64,000 nucleotides of DNA from Camelus dromedarius. Lineage: Eukaryota. Numbering within the stretch: position 1 is the first letter of the stretch; every line of letters begins with the position of its first letter. Under the pieces are notes generated by a model. That model did no database searches, was not told where the DNA came from, and was given only the letters and a program-made list of their open reading frames with translations. The DNA lies in contig NC_087436.1 in NCBI RefSeq assembly GCF_036321535.1, forward strand, positions 67,272,001-67,336,000, given 5' to 3'. Below are positions 52,192 through 63,713 of the stretch, piece after piece. The position numbers were made by a program, and so were the translations under genes.

Positions 52192-54586
52192 TATCAGAAT
52201 AGTCCTAGCAAGTATATTAAAATGGGCAACTCATCATCCTGTCCATGATTATCATTCTATTCAATTTATTCTATTCTATCTATTCAAGGATTGATTTGGA
52301 TATCTATTTATTTATTTCATTTGGTCAATTAATATTCATTGATAATCTGTGTATCCAACTCTATGCTCAGCACCTGAAAGGTCCCTTATCTAGAACAGAT
52401 TCAAATAGTTGGTTGAAGATTACAGAGAAAGCTTTTAACTCTGAAAGCTATGATTTTTTGAGAAGAAACCTGTAAGTAATAATATGATTCTTTTTCTTAA
52501 TTAATATATGACTTAGTGTGATTTGTTTTCAGCCAATAGTATATGTTTTAACAATTGTGAGTCCACCTCCAGGATGAAAATAAATGTTCTAATTTCTCAA
52601 AATCAACTAAGAAAATGTGGCATTCACATAGACTCTGGGTATGTAAAGCAGTGAAATGTGTTGCATGGAAAATTTACCAAGGATAGAAAAGTGAGAGGAG
52701 ATAGAAGTGTGCCATAACTAATGAGGAACATGAAGATGAAAAACGACGTCACTAAAAATAAGCTCAAGTTGGTTATTTTCTTTTACCAAAATATGCTCTA
52801 TTACATTGAAGAAGGTTTTAGATATGATGTTTTGATTCTTCTCCTCTGTACTGTAACCAAGTCATAATTAATTAAGCACACATATTAGAAAATGAGTATT
52901 TCTATTTTCCAGAGAGGTGCTTGATAGTATGCTGATTTAAGAAAGTCTTAATATGGATGTGAGTTAAGTTACTGATATTTTGCTAGGTCAATCAGGTTTT
53001 TGGTTGTTTTTGCAGCACGTAAGATATGTAATAAACCTCTTTATTTAGGTTTTTCCTACATTTTTGTTTGTATAACAGTAAGCAGCAGGGCGTAGGATTG
53101 AAACGCTAACTCTGAAAGTTGTTCTTGCTGTCTGTTACTTTTCCTATTACTTATTGCGGGTGAAAGGAAAATCAAGTCAATAACTGTAAATTCATCTTTT
53201 ATCAACCCCTCTTCTTCACAAATGCTTTTATTTACTGCCTCTTTCAGCAGGGGTGGCTGTCATTAGTGACTAACAGGATGGAATCATGATACAAATTTTT
53301 CACCAGTACCTATTATTCATGAAAGTTTGTGGGCCACAAAGATGGAAGTCTTGATCCTTGAGTGTAAATTTTATCATTTCTTTATTTCAAAGAATTTACT
53401 GGTAATTTGTGTATTAAGCTAGGAAGAGTGGCCCAAAACCCTAAAATTTATAAACATTAAGATTTTGGCAACATAGCTTATTTAGGTAAATATAAGTTTG
53501 CTTATATATTTAAATTGTAGTTATACATTTAAAATATATAATAAAATGTATTTAAATTGGACTTAATTTTCATGGTTGGACTATGGGGATAGAACAGCAT
53601 GGACTAGTCATTTTTGTTCTTAATACATTTCTGTTCTGTTTCTCTTTCTCCTTCTCTTTCCAATCATTGTAAATTTGTGTGAATTCAGTTATTCTACATA
53701 TTTGTTTTGTCCTTCTATCCATAGCAGTGTTTATCCATTTGCCAGCCACCTCTAACTTTCATACTGAGAGCAGCAGAACTATATTAATAGTGGAATCTGC
53801 AAACAAGGTGAAATTCAAACAGTTTTGTCGAATTCAGAGTAACTTTACAGTTATAATGACTATCTGCCCAGATGCATGTAGCTTACTCTTCTGGATTTAT
53901 ATGGAAGTATACTTTCCTGATTGCCATGGATACCATTTAATTAATAACCTTCCTGCATCATGTGAATTATCTAGGTGAGAAATCTGTCCCTTGTTACACA
54001 GAAGGCTAAATTTTGAAGTTAAATTTTTAGTATACTCTCTATTCATAACATACAAGTTAGATTTGGCAAAAGTATGCACTACTTTTGTAAAACATGTAAA
54101 TATATTTTAATGTTGCCAAATTATATCAGTAGGTCCTGAAAGCAATACAGATTACTGTATAAATGACAAAGCAATAATTTGATTTCATAGTCAGTATGTG
54201 TGTGATGTCTCTGGAAATTGTGTTTCAAATTGGTGAGATCTTTTTCTGATTCCTTGCTGAGTCATTGAGCCCTAGTGTCTGACAGTGCATCAGGGGAGGG
54301 TAATGACACTAGTGGGGTATAATTACTTAGAACACTATCTTCTATAGGGGATGGAAACTTAACATGGGGTCTTTTGTTCATCTCTTCCTTCCTGGATCAT
54401 CACCTTGGAGATATTTGACTTGTTCTTTTCATTGTCTGGAACATCTGTAATTATTATTGGTCCATTCAACCTTTGTGCCCTCTCCTATCTTCCTTTCTGC
54501 CAGACAGTTTATAGTATGGGCCACTCACTTACTTTGAGTGTCGATAGTACATTTTTGCTTTTCATAATTTTTTTTTCAGTTTTAAA

Positions 54587-54780
54587 GAAGCTAAGCTCTA
54601 TATCCTTGCTTCTGTCTCTCTCTACTCCAAAACTGGGGGCTACAGTTTTCCCTGTGACCTCACATTTCTAGCAGATCCTTCAAAAGTTGTTGATCTTCAC
54701 TTTGTTCAGTCTTTTACTTGTTGTTAGGTTGGAGTGACAACCCACAAGCTTCTTACACGCTGGACCACAAATTAGAAGTC
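54587..54780 (-). mobile_element. Extreme 5' end of an L1M (L1MB/MC-type), inverted relative to its body
   Basis: Reverse complement gacttctaatttgtggtccagcgtgtaagaagcttg...gtcactcc..cctaacaacaagtaaaag resembles the start of L1M 5' UTRs. Confidence 0.6.
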
Positions 54781-55001
54781 TTGCTCATACTGTTAAACAG
54801 TCAGTGGTCAGTTAGAAACAATAATATCTTTGTCATCATCCTTGAGACAGTCCTTGGAATTCAGTTACAGAAAATGGTGACTGAGCAGACAAATTTATAA
54901 TTTTCATTATGACACCAGCAGTGAACATGCAGCAGCTGAAATTAGAATAAATACTTACATATGACTTTAGTCATCCTTCACATCTCTTGGTAGTAGAAAG
55001 T

Positions 55002-56545
55002 CAGGAGCAGAAACCTCCACAGGACCCAGTGCCGAGGTAGGAAAACCAAAACTGCAATTGATGACTTGTTGGAGGCTCAGGGTGGACAAGTCTGAGAATT
55101 AAAACTCCTGGAGGGCTCAGTAATAGAGGCCTGTTGGATTTTTTATGGATTTTACCTCCAGGAGCCCCAGCATGTTTTCACAGTAAAGATCAGAGAGAAA
55201 TCCCCTCATGCTTCTCTGCAGGGTGAGGAGGAAAATAGCCATTTGAAATTTTCTCTGAGCATTCTGTTCTTCTTAACATGGCCTGTCCTTTAGGAGAAAC
55301 TATTTACCAGAGCCTAACCAAAGGGAATGGAAATACTCAATTCCAGTTTTGTCTAGTCTCCCTGTTCCACTTAAGGGTAGAGAAAAACTCAGAAGCACTG
55401 GTGAAGGCCACATCCTAGGGACACACGCTGTCCCTAAAAGACTGGGAGCTAACCATAGGACTATAGAATATATTCCGTCCCTCACACCTTACACAATATT
55501 ACTAAAGTCCTATTTACTGCATTTCCTTTTACCCTATTTATCATGGCTATCTTTCATCAGTACATTACAAGACATACTAAAGGCATGAAACACAGTTTGA
55601 AAAGAGAGCAAACATCAGAACTAGACTTAAATATGGTAGGAATGCTGAAAATATCAGACCAAATTTTTTTAAAACTATGATTAATATGCAAAGGACTCTA
55701 ATGGAAAAAATAGACAATCTCCAAAAATAGATGGGTAATATAAACAGTGAAATGAAAATTCTAAATATCAAAAAGAGATGTTAGAAATCAAAAACACTGT
55801 AACAGAAATGAAGGGTACTCATTGGGCTCATTAGTAGAATGACCACAGCTGAGGAAATAATTTCTGAACTTGAGGATATGTCAGTAGAAACTTCAAAAAC
55901 TGAAAAATAAAGAGGAAAAAAAAATTGGAGAAAAGATGGGACTAAATATGCAAGAACTCTGGGACAACCACAAAGGTGTCATATAGGTGCACTGGGAATA
56001 CTAGAAAGAGAAGGAAGAGAGAAAGAAACATAATAAGTATTTGAAATGATAATAAATGAGGATTTTCTTAAATTATTTTCAGACACAAAACCACATTTCC
56101 AGGAAGCCCAGAAAATACAAAGCAGGATAAATGCCAGACAAGTACAATTAAACATATCAAATTCAAACTGCACAAAATTAAAGAAAAGGTTTTTGAGCAG
56201 AGGCAGAGGAAAAGATACCTTAGTTATAGAGGAGAAAGAATAAGAATTACATCAAACTTTTCTTCAAAAACCATGTAAGTAACAAGAGAATGGAGTGAAC
56301 TACTTAAAATGCTAAGAGAAAATTCCCAACAACCTAGAATTTTGTATACAGTACATTTTCCTTCAAAAGTGAGGGAGAAATACTTTCTCACAGGAACAAA
56401 AATTGAGATTTGTTTGTAGTAGACCTTACTTTCAAGAAATGTTAAAAAAGTTTTTCAGAGATAAAGAAAATTATACAGGTCATAAATTCAGACCTACATA
56501 AAGAAAGAGGCTTAGAGTGGAATAAGCAAAGATAAAATAAAAGTA
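55002..56545 (+). mobile_element. L1M (L1MB/MC-type) 5' UTR and ORF1 remnant
   Basis: ORF 56046-56243 (MIINEDFLKLFSDTKPHFQEAQKIQSRIN) resembles L1 ORF1. aacctagaattttgtatac and ccttcaaaagtgagggagaaata are ORF1 C-terminal motifs. Confidence 0.85.
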
Positions 56546-56685
56546 TCACTTACATGGCTATCAGTTTTGTTTTATAAATCACCCATGTCGAGGCAGATTC
56601 CAAGGGGAGAAATAGACTTGCAGTGTAAAAGATGATCTTGCTATAAGTCATAAAAAGTAAAAATACAGATGAGGATTTAAGAAAT

Positions 56686-57086
56686 TATATGATTAGTTTT
56701 ATGTATCAACTTGGCTAAGTTACTATACCCTTTGTTCAGACATTTTTCTAGATATTTCTGTAAAGGGTTTTTAAAAATGAGATTAACACTTAAATCAGTA
56801 GACAATGAGTGAAGCCAGTTACCCTTCATAATGTGAGGGACTCTCATCTGGTCAGCTGAAGGCGTTAATAGAAAAACACAGACCCCCCCTGTAAGAAGAA
56901 GGAGTTCTGCTAGGAGACCACCTTCAGGTTTGAAGTGCAACTCATCCTTCAGTCTTCAGCCTGCCAGCCTACCCAAGCCTATGGGATTTGCCAGCCATCC
57001 ACAATTATAAACAAATCTTTAAAGTTTTCTCTATGTATACACACATCCTGTTGGTTCTGGTCTTCTGAAGAACTTTGACTAATACA
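56686..57086 (+). mobile_element. ERVL solo LTR (MLT2B-like)
   Basis: gattagttttatgtatcaacttggctaag...cctgttggttctggtcttctgaagaactttgactaataca. Confidence 0.85.
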
Positions 57087-57686
57087 CTAAGAGATCCTTT
57101 GGAACAATTTGTCATTATCAGTGTGCATTCTCCTCCAAATGCGTATCTTTAGGTTAAGAAAAGCAATGATGATCCAAAAATTCCAGAATTTGCCTGTAAA
57201 CACAAAACATCATTGAAAACAAGAAGAGTAAATAGAAGATATGTTAATTTTAAAGCATCTCTGAATGTTATCTTTTAAACGTATTTTTCCTTCGTACTTA
57301 AAAGCCTTTAACAATCCTTTTCATTATTTGCCCTCTAGATATACACATTTAATATTTTTCAAATAATGGGATATAAATAAATATTCACTAATTTTTTATA
57401 AACAAAAATAAATTCTCAAATTTAATTTAAACTTAAAATTTCTTCAGCCTAGCAATCAGCATTTCTAGAAACACTGATTATGAAATTCCTTAGGAATACT
57501 GACAGATATTACAGATTTATTCAAGTAAAGCGGTTAGCTACTTAAAGTTTTCTAGCTGAATTTAAATATAAAATTCTGGAATCTTCAGTAAAAATACAAT
57601 AGGTCCAGTCTCCATTAATGGTTGAACATGCATTGGTGCCTAAAACTAGCCAAAGATTTCTGGATTTTATGAGGCAATATGAGCAT

Positions 57687-57920
57687 TATTTTTTTAAACA
57701 TTTTTAAACATTTTTGATTGAGTTATAGTCACTTTACAATGTTGTGTCAAATTCCAATGTAGAGCACAATTTTTCAGTTATACATGAACATATATATATT
57801 CATTGTCACATTTTTTTTGCTGTGAGCTATCACAAGATCTTGTATATATTTCCCTGTGCTTTACAGTATAATCTTGTTTATCTATTCTACATATGCCTGT
57901 CAGTATTTACAAATTTTGAA
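57687..57920 (-). mobile_element. Young 5'-truncated L1, 3' UTR only (~230 bp)
   Basis: Highly similar to 12085-12325. T-rich tail. TSD only weakly discernible (caatatga / cgatatga). Confidence 0.9.
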
Positions 57921-57949
57921 CGATATGATACTGTATTGATCTAAATGCA

Positions 57950-58400
57950 TCAGTATTTTATTTAACAAGTATTTATTTAGATACAGTGCTTAGCACAAGA
58001 AATCCCATGTAAATTAAGTAATTGCTCTGTCTTCACTTAGCTTACGGTATAAGAGGAAATACAGACGAAAAGATGATTATAGAATAGATGATGAGTAATA
58101 TGAGTAATAAGTGCAGGGTCTATAGGAAGCAATGAGGGTAACTTGTCATAATCTTGGTCAGGAGTCAGCAACTGTCTACATGTTGAAATATTCAGATATG
58201 CTACAAACGAGATATAGGAGAGGTAAGAAGAGACAGGACAGAAGCACTGTATTAAATTGAGAAATTATATATGCAAAAATTCAAAAATAAGAAAAATCAT
58301 AGCAAGTTCATGTTTTCAAATAGTTCAGTAAAGCTGGATAATATAAAGAAGGGAATTTGTAAGGATGAAGTCTTTAGAGATGAGCTGAGAAATAGCACCA
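57950..58400 (-). mobile_element. L2 remnant
   Basis: tttaacaagtatttatt...tgctctgtcttcacttagcttac...gtgcagggtctataggaagc. Confidence 0.5.
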
Positions 58401-58719
58401 ACCCAGAATCATGAGACATGGAATGGTTGAGAGGAATTTTTGATAACATGTGTTGAACACTTTATACAAGGAATTATTATAAGTTATGTATTTAATTTGA
58501 ATAAACTGAAGTTATGCAACATCATAGATAAAGGGAAAAGTCAAGATTTTCATCAAGGACTGTATGATTTAAGAAGCCTTTTATGAAATACCTGCAAATG
58601 TAGTACGTTAAACTCAAAGATACTTAGGTGTGCATATACTGGAAATACTTCAAAGAAATTTCCACTGACTGTGCATATTTCATTATTATGGCATACAATA
58701 GATAGCAGTATTATTTATT

Positions 58720-58950
58720 ATAGTCTTGTGGTTTAGTATAATAATTATATACATAAGAATCTAGGATCAGATTGGGTTACTACTGGCTAGCTGTGTGATT
58801 TTGAACACTTTGTATAAATGTTCTGGTTCTCAGTATCCTTTCAGTAGATAACAGTGGTAATAATAATTTCTACCTCATTAGGTTGTTCTAAGAATAAAAG
58901 TATTAAGACAGGAGACCAATTACTAACACATGTTAAGCTTGCTAAGACAG
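58720..58950 (+). mobile_element. MIR remnant
   Basis: ggctagctgtgtgattttgaaca...tctcagtatcctt...taataatttctacctcattaggttgtt. Confidence 0.65.
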
Positions 58951-59172
58951 TAAGTGTAACTTATTTTTATCTGTGCCAAGTACATATGATCATTTACCTC
59001 TGGTCTTTTAATTTTCAGCGAGATTTTTTTGTCCCAATTTCCCTTGGCTAATGAATATTTTGATATGCATGCATACTAACCCACTAGAAGAACCAAGAAT
59101 ATTTTTCTTAAAATATGTTTTAATATAATGCATTAATTATTATTTATAGAATGCATTACTTATATATATGTA

Positions 59173-59670
59173 TATATATGGCAGAATAATGATCCCTCTG
59201 AAACACTCACGCTCTAAAAAAAACCTGTGAATATGTCACTTTATATGGCAAAAGGGGCTATGCAAATCTAACTGAATTAATGATTTTGAGATAGAAAGAT
59301 TACCCTGGGTTATCTGGCTGGGCCCAACACAGTCACAAGGGTCTCTAAAAGTGAAAAGGGAGTCAGAAGAAGAGGTCAGTATAAGGCAATGTTAGAAAAA
59401 CAGTCATCATTGCTACTAGCTTTAAAGGTGGAGGGAGGGGACCACAAACCAAAGAATGCTGGCATTCTCTAGAAGCTGGAAAAAGGAAGGAAATGGATTT
59501 TTCCCTAGAGCCTCCAAGGGGGAAAACATCCCCTGTGGACACCTTGATTTTAGCCCAATGGGACCCTTGGTGGAGTCTGATTTACAGAACTTTTAAGATT
59601 TATTAAATTTGTGTTATTTGAGCTGCTAAATTTGTGATCATTTGTTATAGCAACTATAGAATACTAATAC
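59173..59670 (+). mobile_element. MaLR solo LTR (MLT1D-like)
   Basis: ggcagaataatgatcc...acctgtgaatatgtcact...tctagaagctggaaaaaggaaggaaatggattttccctagagcctcca...tttgttatagcaactatagaatactaatac. Confidence 0.88.
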
Positions 59671-59720
59671 TATATATATATACACACATATACATACACA
59701 CACACACACACACACACACA
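59671..59720. repeat. (TA)n(CA)n microsatellite
   Basis: tatatatatatacacacatatacatacacacacacacacacacacacaca. Confidence 0.9.
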
Positions 59721-60772
59721 TTCTTTCATTGTTCTATAGCTCCAAGAAAGTGAAACTGATGATTATATTGAATTTTATATCTTTTTCTGCTGGCAGCCTA
59801 ACAAAGAAATGAGTCACAGATGAGTCTGATTAATTCATCTGAATATATTTGCTATGTTAATAGTATACAAATAATTCAAAAATATGTATTTGAGGGAACA
59901 TATTTAGGATTACTGTTGGACATAGCATGAGAGACCATTAGCTTCATTTTAATTGGGGAGAAGACATTATACAAGTAAATTCATAAATAGTGTAACTATT
60001 AATAAAGCTACATCAGTGGAATTAAAGGAGTATCACTTGTTTGAAAATCACCAGAAGACTTTTAATGATCAAATGTGCCTGAATGACTGTATTCAACCTA
60101 CTAATATTATTTTCCAAATGAACATATCTTTTAAAAACTATAAACCTTTTAAGTGCTTTGAAAAAGACATGGTGGGTTCCTTGGAAAGTGTGAAATAGTT
60201 ACATTTGTGAAGCACTCCCTTTCTTCCTATCTCTCCTTTCTTGTCTCTTTTCACTTCAATATCCACTGCAACCCCAGAGAGGAGGGACTTCCCTTGTGAC
60301 AGCCCATCTGGTCAGTGGCTTCATCTGGACTTCTCTATTTTCCCACTACTAAAACTCCTTTCTTCTTCTTTAAAAATGGCCTTTCCCAGCTTTCAAATTG
60401 TATGCAGACTTTAAGTGAAGAAGGTTTACCTGCTTATATTAAAGCATTGGCCTGAGTGAGAGACATCTAATTTAACACACACATCTAGGAGCCTGCTGGA
60501 ACATTCTCTGAGGTCAGAGACTGGCAGGCTCGTCTTTGCCATCTTGCTCTCCCTTTGTGTGCTCCAGGGCACTGGTATCTCCCAGAAGGAGCTTTTACAC
60601 AAGTCAAAGACTGATAATTTCAATAATATACATTTTTATAAAACTATAACTTATTTTTAATGGTGAAAATGTAGATGAGTCCTCCTTGCTCTTAGAGTTC
60701 ATATTACAGATCTTTTGAAATCACATCATGGAAATAAATATATATTTTCCTTAATCCAGGCATGCAACTGGA

Positions 60773-62781
60773 TTTTTTTTTAAATCAAAGTATAACCGGT
60801 TTACATTGTTGTGTTAATATCTGGTGTGCAGCATACTGATTCAGCTATATATATATTCCTTTTCATATTCTTTTTCATTATAGGTTATTACAAGTTATTG
60901 AATATAGTTCCCTGTGCTATACAGTAGGGCATTGTTGTTTATCTATTTTGTATATAGTAGTTTGTATCTGCAAATCCCAAACTCCCAGTTACCGCTCCAT
61001 CCTCCCCTCTCCCCACTGGTAACCACAATTTTGTTTTCTATGTTTATGAGTGTTTTTGTTTTGTAAATAGGTTCAATTGTCTCATTTTTTTCAGATTCCA
61101 CATTTAAGTGATGTTGTATGATATTTTTCTTTCTCTTTCTGGCTTACTTAACTTAATATGATGATTTCCAAGTCCATCCATGTTGCTACTAACAGCATTT
61201 TTTATGGCTGAGTAGTATTCCATTGTATAAATCTGTCAATGGATATTTAGGTTGCTTCCATGTCTTAGCTATTGTAAATAGTGCTGCTATGAGCATTGGG
61301 GTGCAGGTATCTTTTTGAATTAGAGTTTCTTCCAGATATATGCTCAGGAGTGGGATTGCTAGGTCATAAGGTAAGTCTATTTTTAGTTTTAAGAGGAATC
61401 TCAGAAACCATTTTCCATAATGGCAGTGCCAAGCTACATTCCCACCAGCAGTGTAGGAGGGTTCCCCTTTCTCCACAGCCTCTCCAGCATTTATCATTTG
61501 TGGGCTTTTTAATGCTGGCCATTCTGTCTGTTGTGAGGTGATACCTTATTGCAGTTTTGATTTGCATTTCTCTAATAATTAATGATTTTGAGCATTTTTC
61601 ATGTGCCTTTTGGTCATTTGTATATCTTCATTGGAGAAATGTTTATTTATGTCTTCTGCCCATTTTTGGATTGGGTTGTGTGTTTTTCTGTTATTGAGTT
61701 GTATGAACTGTTTGCATATTTTAGAAATTAAGTCCTTGCCAGTCGCATTATTTGCAGATATTTTCTCCCATTCCTTAGGTTGTCTTTATGTTTTGCTTAT
61801 GGTTTCTTTGCTGTACAAAAGCTTGTAAGTTTAATTAGGTCCCATTTGTTTATTTTTGCTTAATTTCTATTGCCTGGATAGACTGCCTAGAAGAATATTG
61901 CTAAGATTTTTGTCAGAAAATATTTTGCTTATGTTTTCTTATAGGTTTATAGTGTCTTGTCTTATGTTTAAGTCTTTAAGCCATTTTGAGTTTATTCTTG
62001 TGTATAGTGTGAGGGAGTGTTCTAACTTCATTGATTTACATGCGGCTGTCCAGCTTTCCCAACATCATTTACCTAAGAGACTGTCTTTTCTCTATTGTAT
62101 ATTCTTGCCTTCTTTGTCAAAGATTAATTGACTATAGGTGTGTGCGCTTATTTCTGGGCTCTCTATTCTGTTCCGTTGATCCATATGTCTGTTTTTGTGC
62201 CAATACCATGCTATTTTGATTACTGTAGCTCTGTAATATTGTCTGAAGTCTGGGAGGATTATTTCTTCAGCTTTATTCTTTTACTTCAGTATTGCTTTGG
62301 CAATTCTGGGTCCTTTGTGATTCCGTATAAATTTTAGGATTATTTGTTCTAGTTCTGTGAAAAATATCCTGGGTAATTTGATAGGGATCACGTTAAATCT
62401 ATAGATTGCTTTGGGTAGTCTGGCCATTTCAGGCAATATTAATTCTTCCAATCCACGAGTATGGGGTATCATTTAATTTCTTTTAATTATCTTTAATTTC
62501 CATAATCAATGTTTTATAGTTCTCCATGTGTAAGTCTTTTACTTCCTTGGTCAGGTTTATTCCTAAATACTTTGTTTTTGTTTTTGTTTTTGTTTTTTGA
62601 TGCAATTTTAAAAGGGATTTTTTTTTTTTACTTTTCTTTTCTGAAATTTCATTAGTTAGTGTAAAAAAATGCAACAGATTTCTCTGTGTTAATCTTGTAT
62701 CCTGCTACCTTGCTGAATTCATTTACTAGCTCTAGTAGATTTTTGTGGAGTCTTTAGGGTTTTTCTGTATATAGTATCATG
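60773..62781 (-). mobile_element. 5'-truncated L1 (~2 kb; ORF2 C-terminal half and 3' UTR), older subfamily
   Basis: Minus-strand fragments [30 protein letters not shown] and [23 protein letters not shown] are L1 ORF2. Frameshifted. T tail at 60773. TSD only degenerate. Confidence 0.95.
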
Positions 62782-62929
62782 CAGTAGGTTCTTAGTGAAA
62801 TATCCATTTTTGTTTCAAAAATTAAGTTACATATATATTTTTCATATTAAATAATATTGAATAAAAATACACATTTCCAAGGCTAGCAAGAAAGCAACAC
62901 CCTCTTCTACCTTATTAAAACAACTCTGC

Positions 62930-63290
62930 TTTTGCAATATGACTGGTTCTAAGGGATGGATCTTAATGGAAGTCAAAGAGGAAAACTCTGTTTCACATTT
63001 CCCCAACTTCAGTTGCAGCTAAGGTTGGACATATGGTACAGATCAGGCTAATGTGACTAAACAGAAGCTCACTCTGGGGAACTTTGGGGAACTAGGAAAA
63101 CATCTGGCTTCTGGAAAAACATTTTATTTTCTCTAAAAAATGTGTGGATACCAGTGGAGTCTACTTTCTTTCTTCCTGCCTTGAAGATAGAATAATGACT
63201 GGATATGCAGGAGCCATATTATGACCATATGGGAAAGGCCAGAGCATCAGTTAATGTTGGATGTGATATTAATTCTTTGCAGCCAAATAC
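62930..63290 (+). mobile_element. Old MaLR LTR remnant (MLT1J/K-like)
   Basis: cacatttccccaacttcagttgcagctaaggttggacatatg...tcttcctgccttgaa...gcaggagccatattatgaccat. Confidence 0.55.
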
Positions 63291-63416
63291 ATTCTTAATC
63301 AGTACAAAGAAATACGGGCAACTTAGTTCTACTCCTTAAAAAGGCTAATGAATAAGAAAACAGAATCACCTTGAATCTATAATAAAAGTTAAACTTAAAG
63401 AACAGAATCAATTTTG

Positions 63417-63713
63417 TGTGGACCTTTTAGGGTTTTCTATACATAGTATCATGTCATCTGCATATAGTGACACTTTTGCCTCTTCTTTTCCAATTTGGAT
63501 CCCTTTTATTTCTCTCTCTTGCCTGATTGCTGTGGCTAGGACTTCCAAGACTATGTTGAATAGGAGTGGTGATAGTGGGCAGCCTTGTCTTGTCCCAGAT
63601 TTTAGTGGGAAGCTTTTGGGTTTTTCACCGTTCAGTACTATGCTGGCTGTAGGTTTGTCATATATAGCTTTTATTATGTTGAGATAAGTTCCCTCTATAC
63701 CCACTTTGGTGAG
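63417..63713 (-). mobile_element. Isolated internal L1 ORF2 fragment (reverse transcriptase core), no 3' UTR or poly(A)
   Basis: Open 98-aa frame with [18 protein letters not shown] and YADD. Perfect 15-bp TSD acagaatcaattttg (63402-63416, 63714-63728). Confidence 0.95.

Noticed and set aside
53012..53022. gcagcacgtaa resembles the miR-15/16 5' end
   Set aside because: Only 11 nt match and there is no hairpin.
60761..62795. TSD for the 2-kb L1 (catgcaactggatt / catgcagtaggttc)
   Set aside because: Too degenerate to assert.
63408..63704. Stand-alone reverse transcriptase gene (retron or DGR-like)
   Set aside because: The sequence is mammalian L1 ORF2, only 98 aa, inside a TSD-flanked fragment with no promoter or partner genes.
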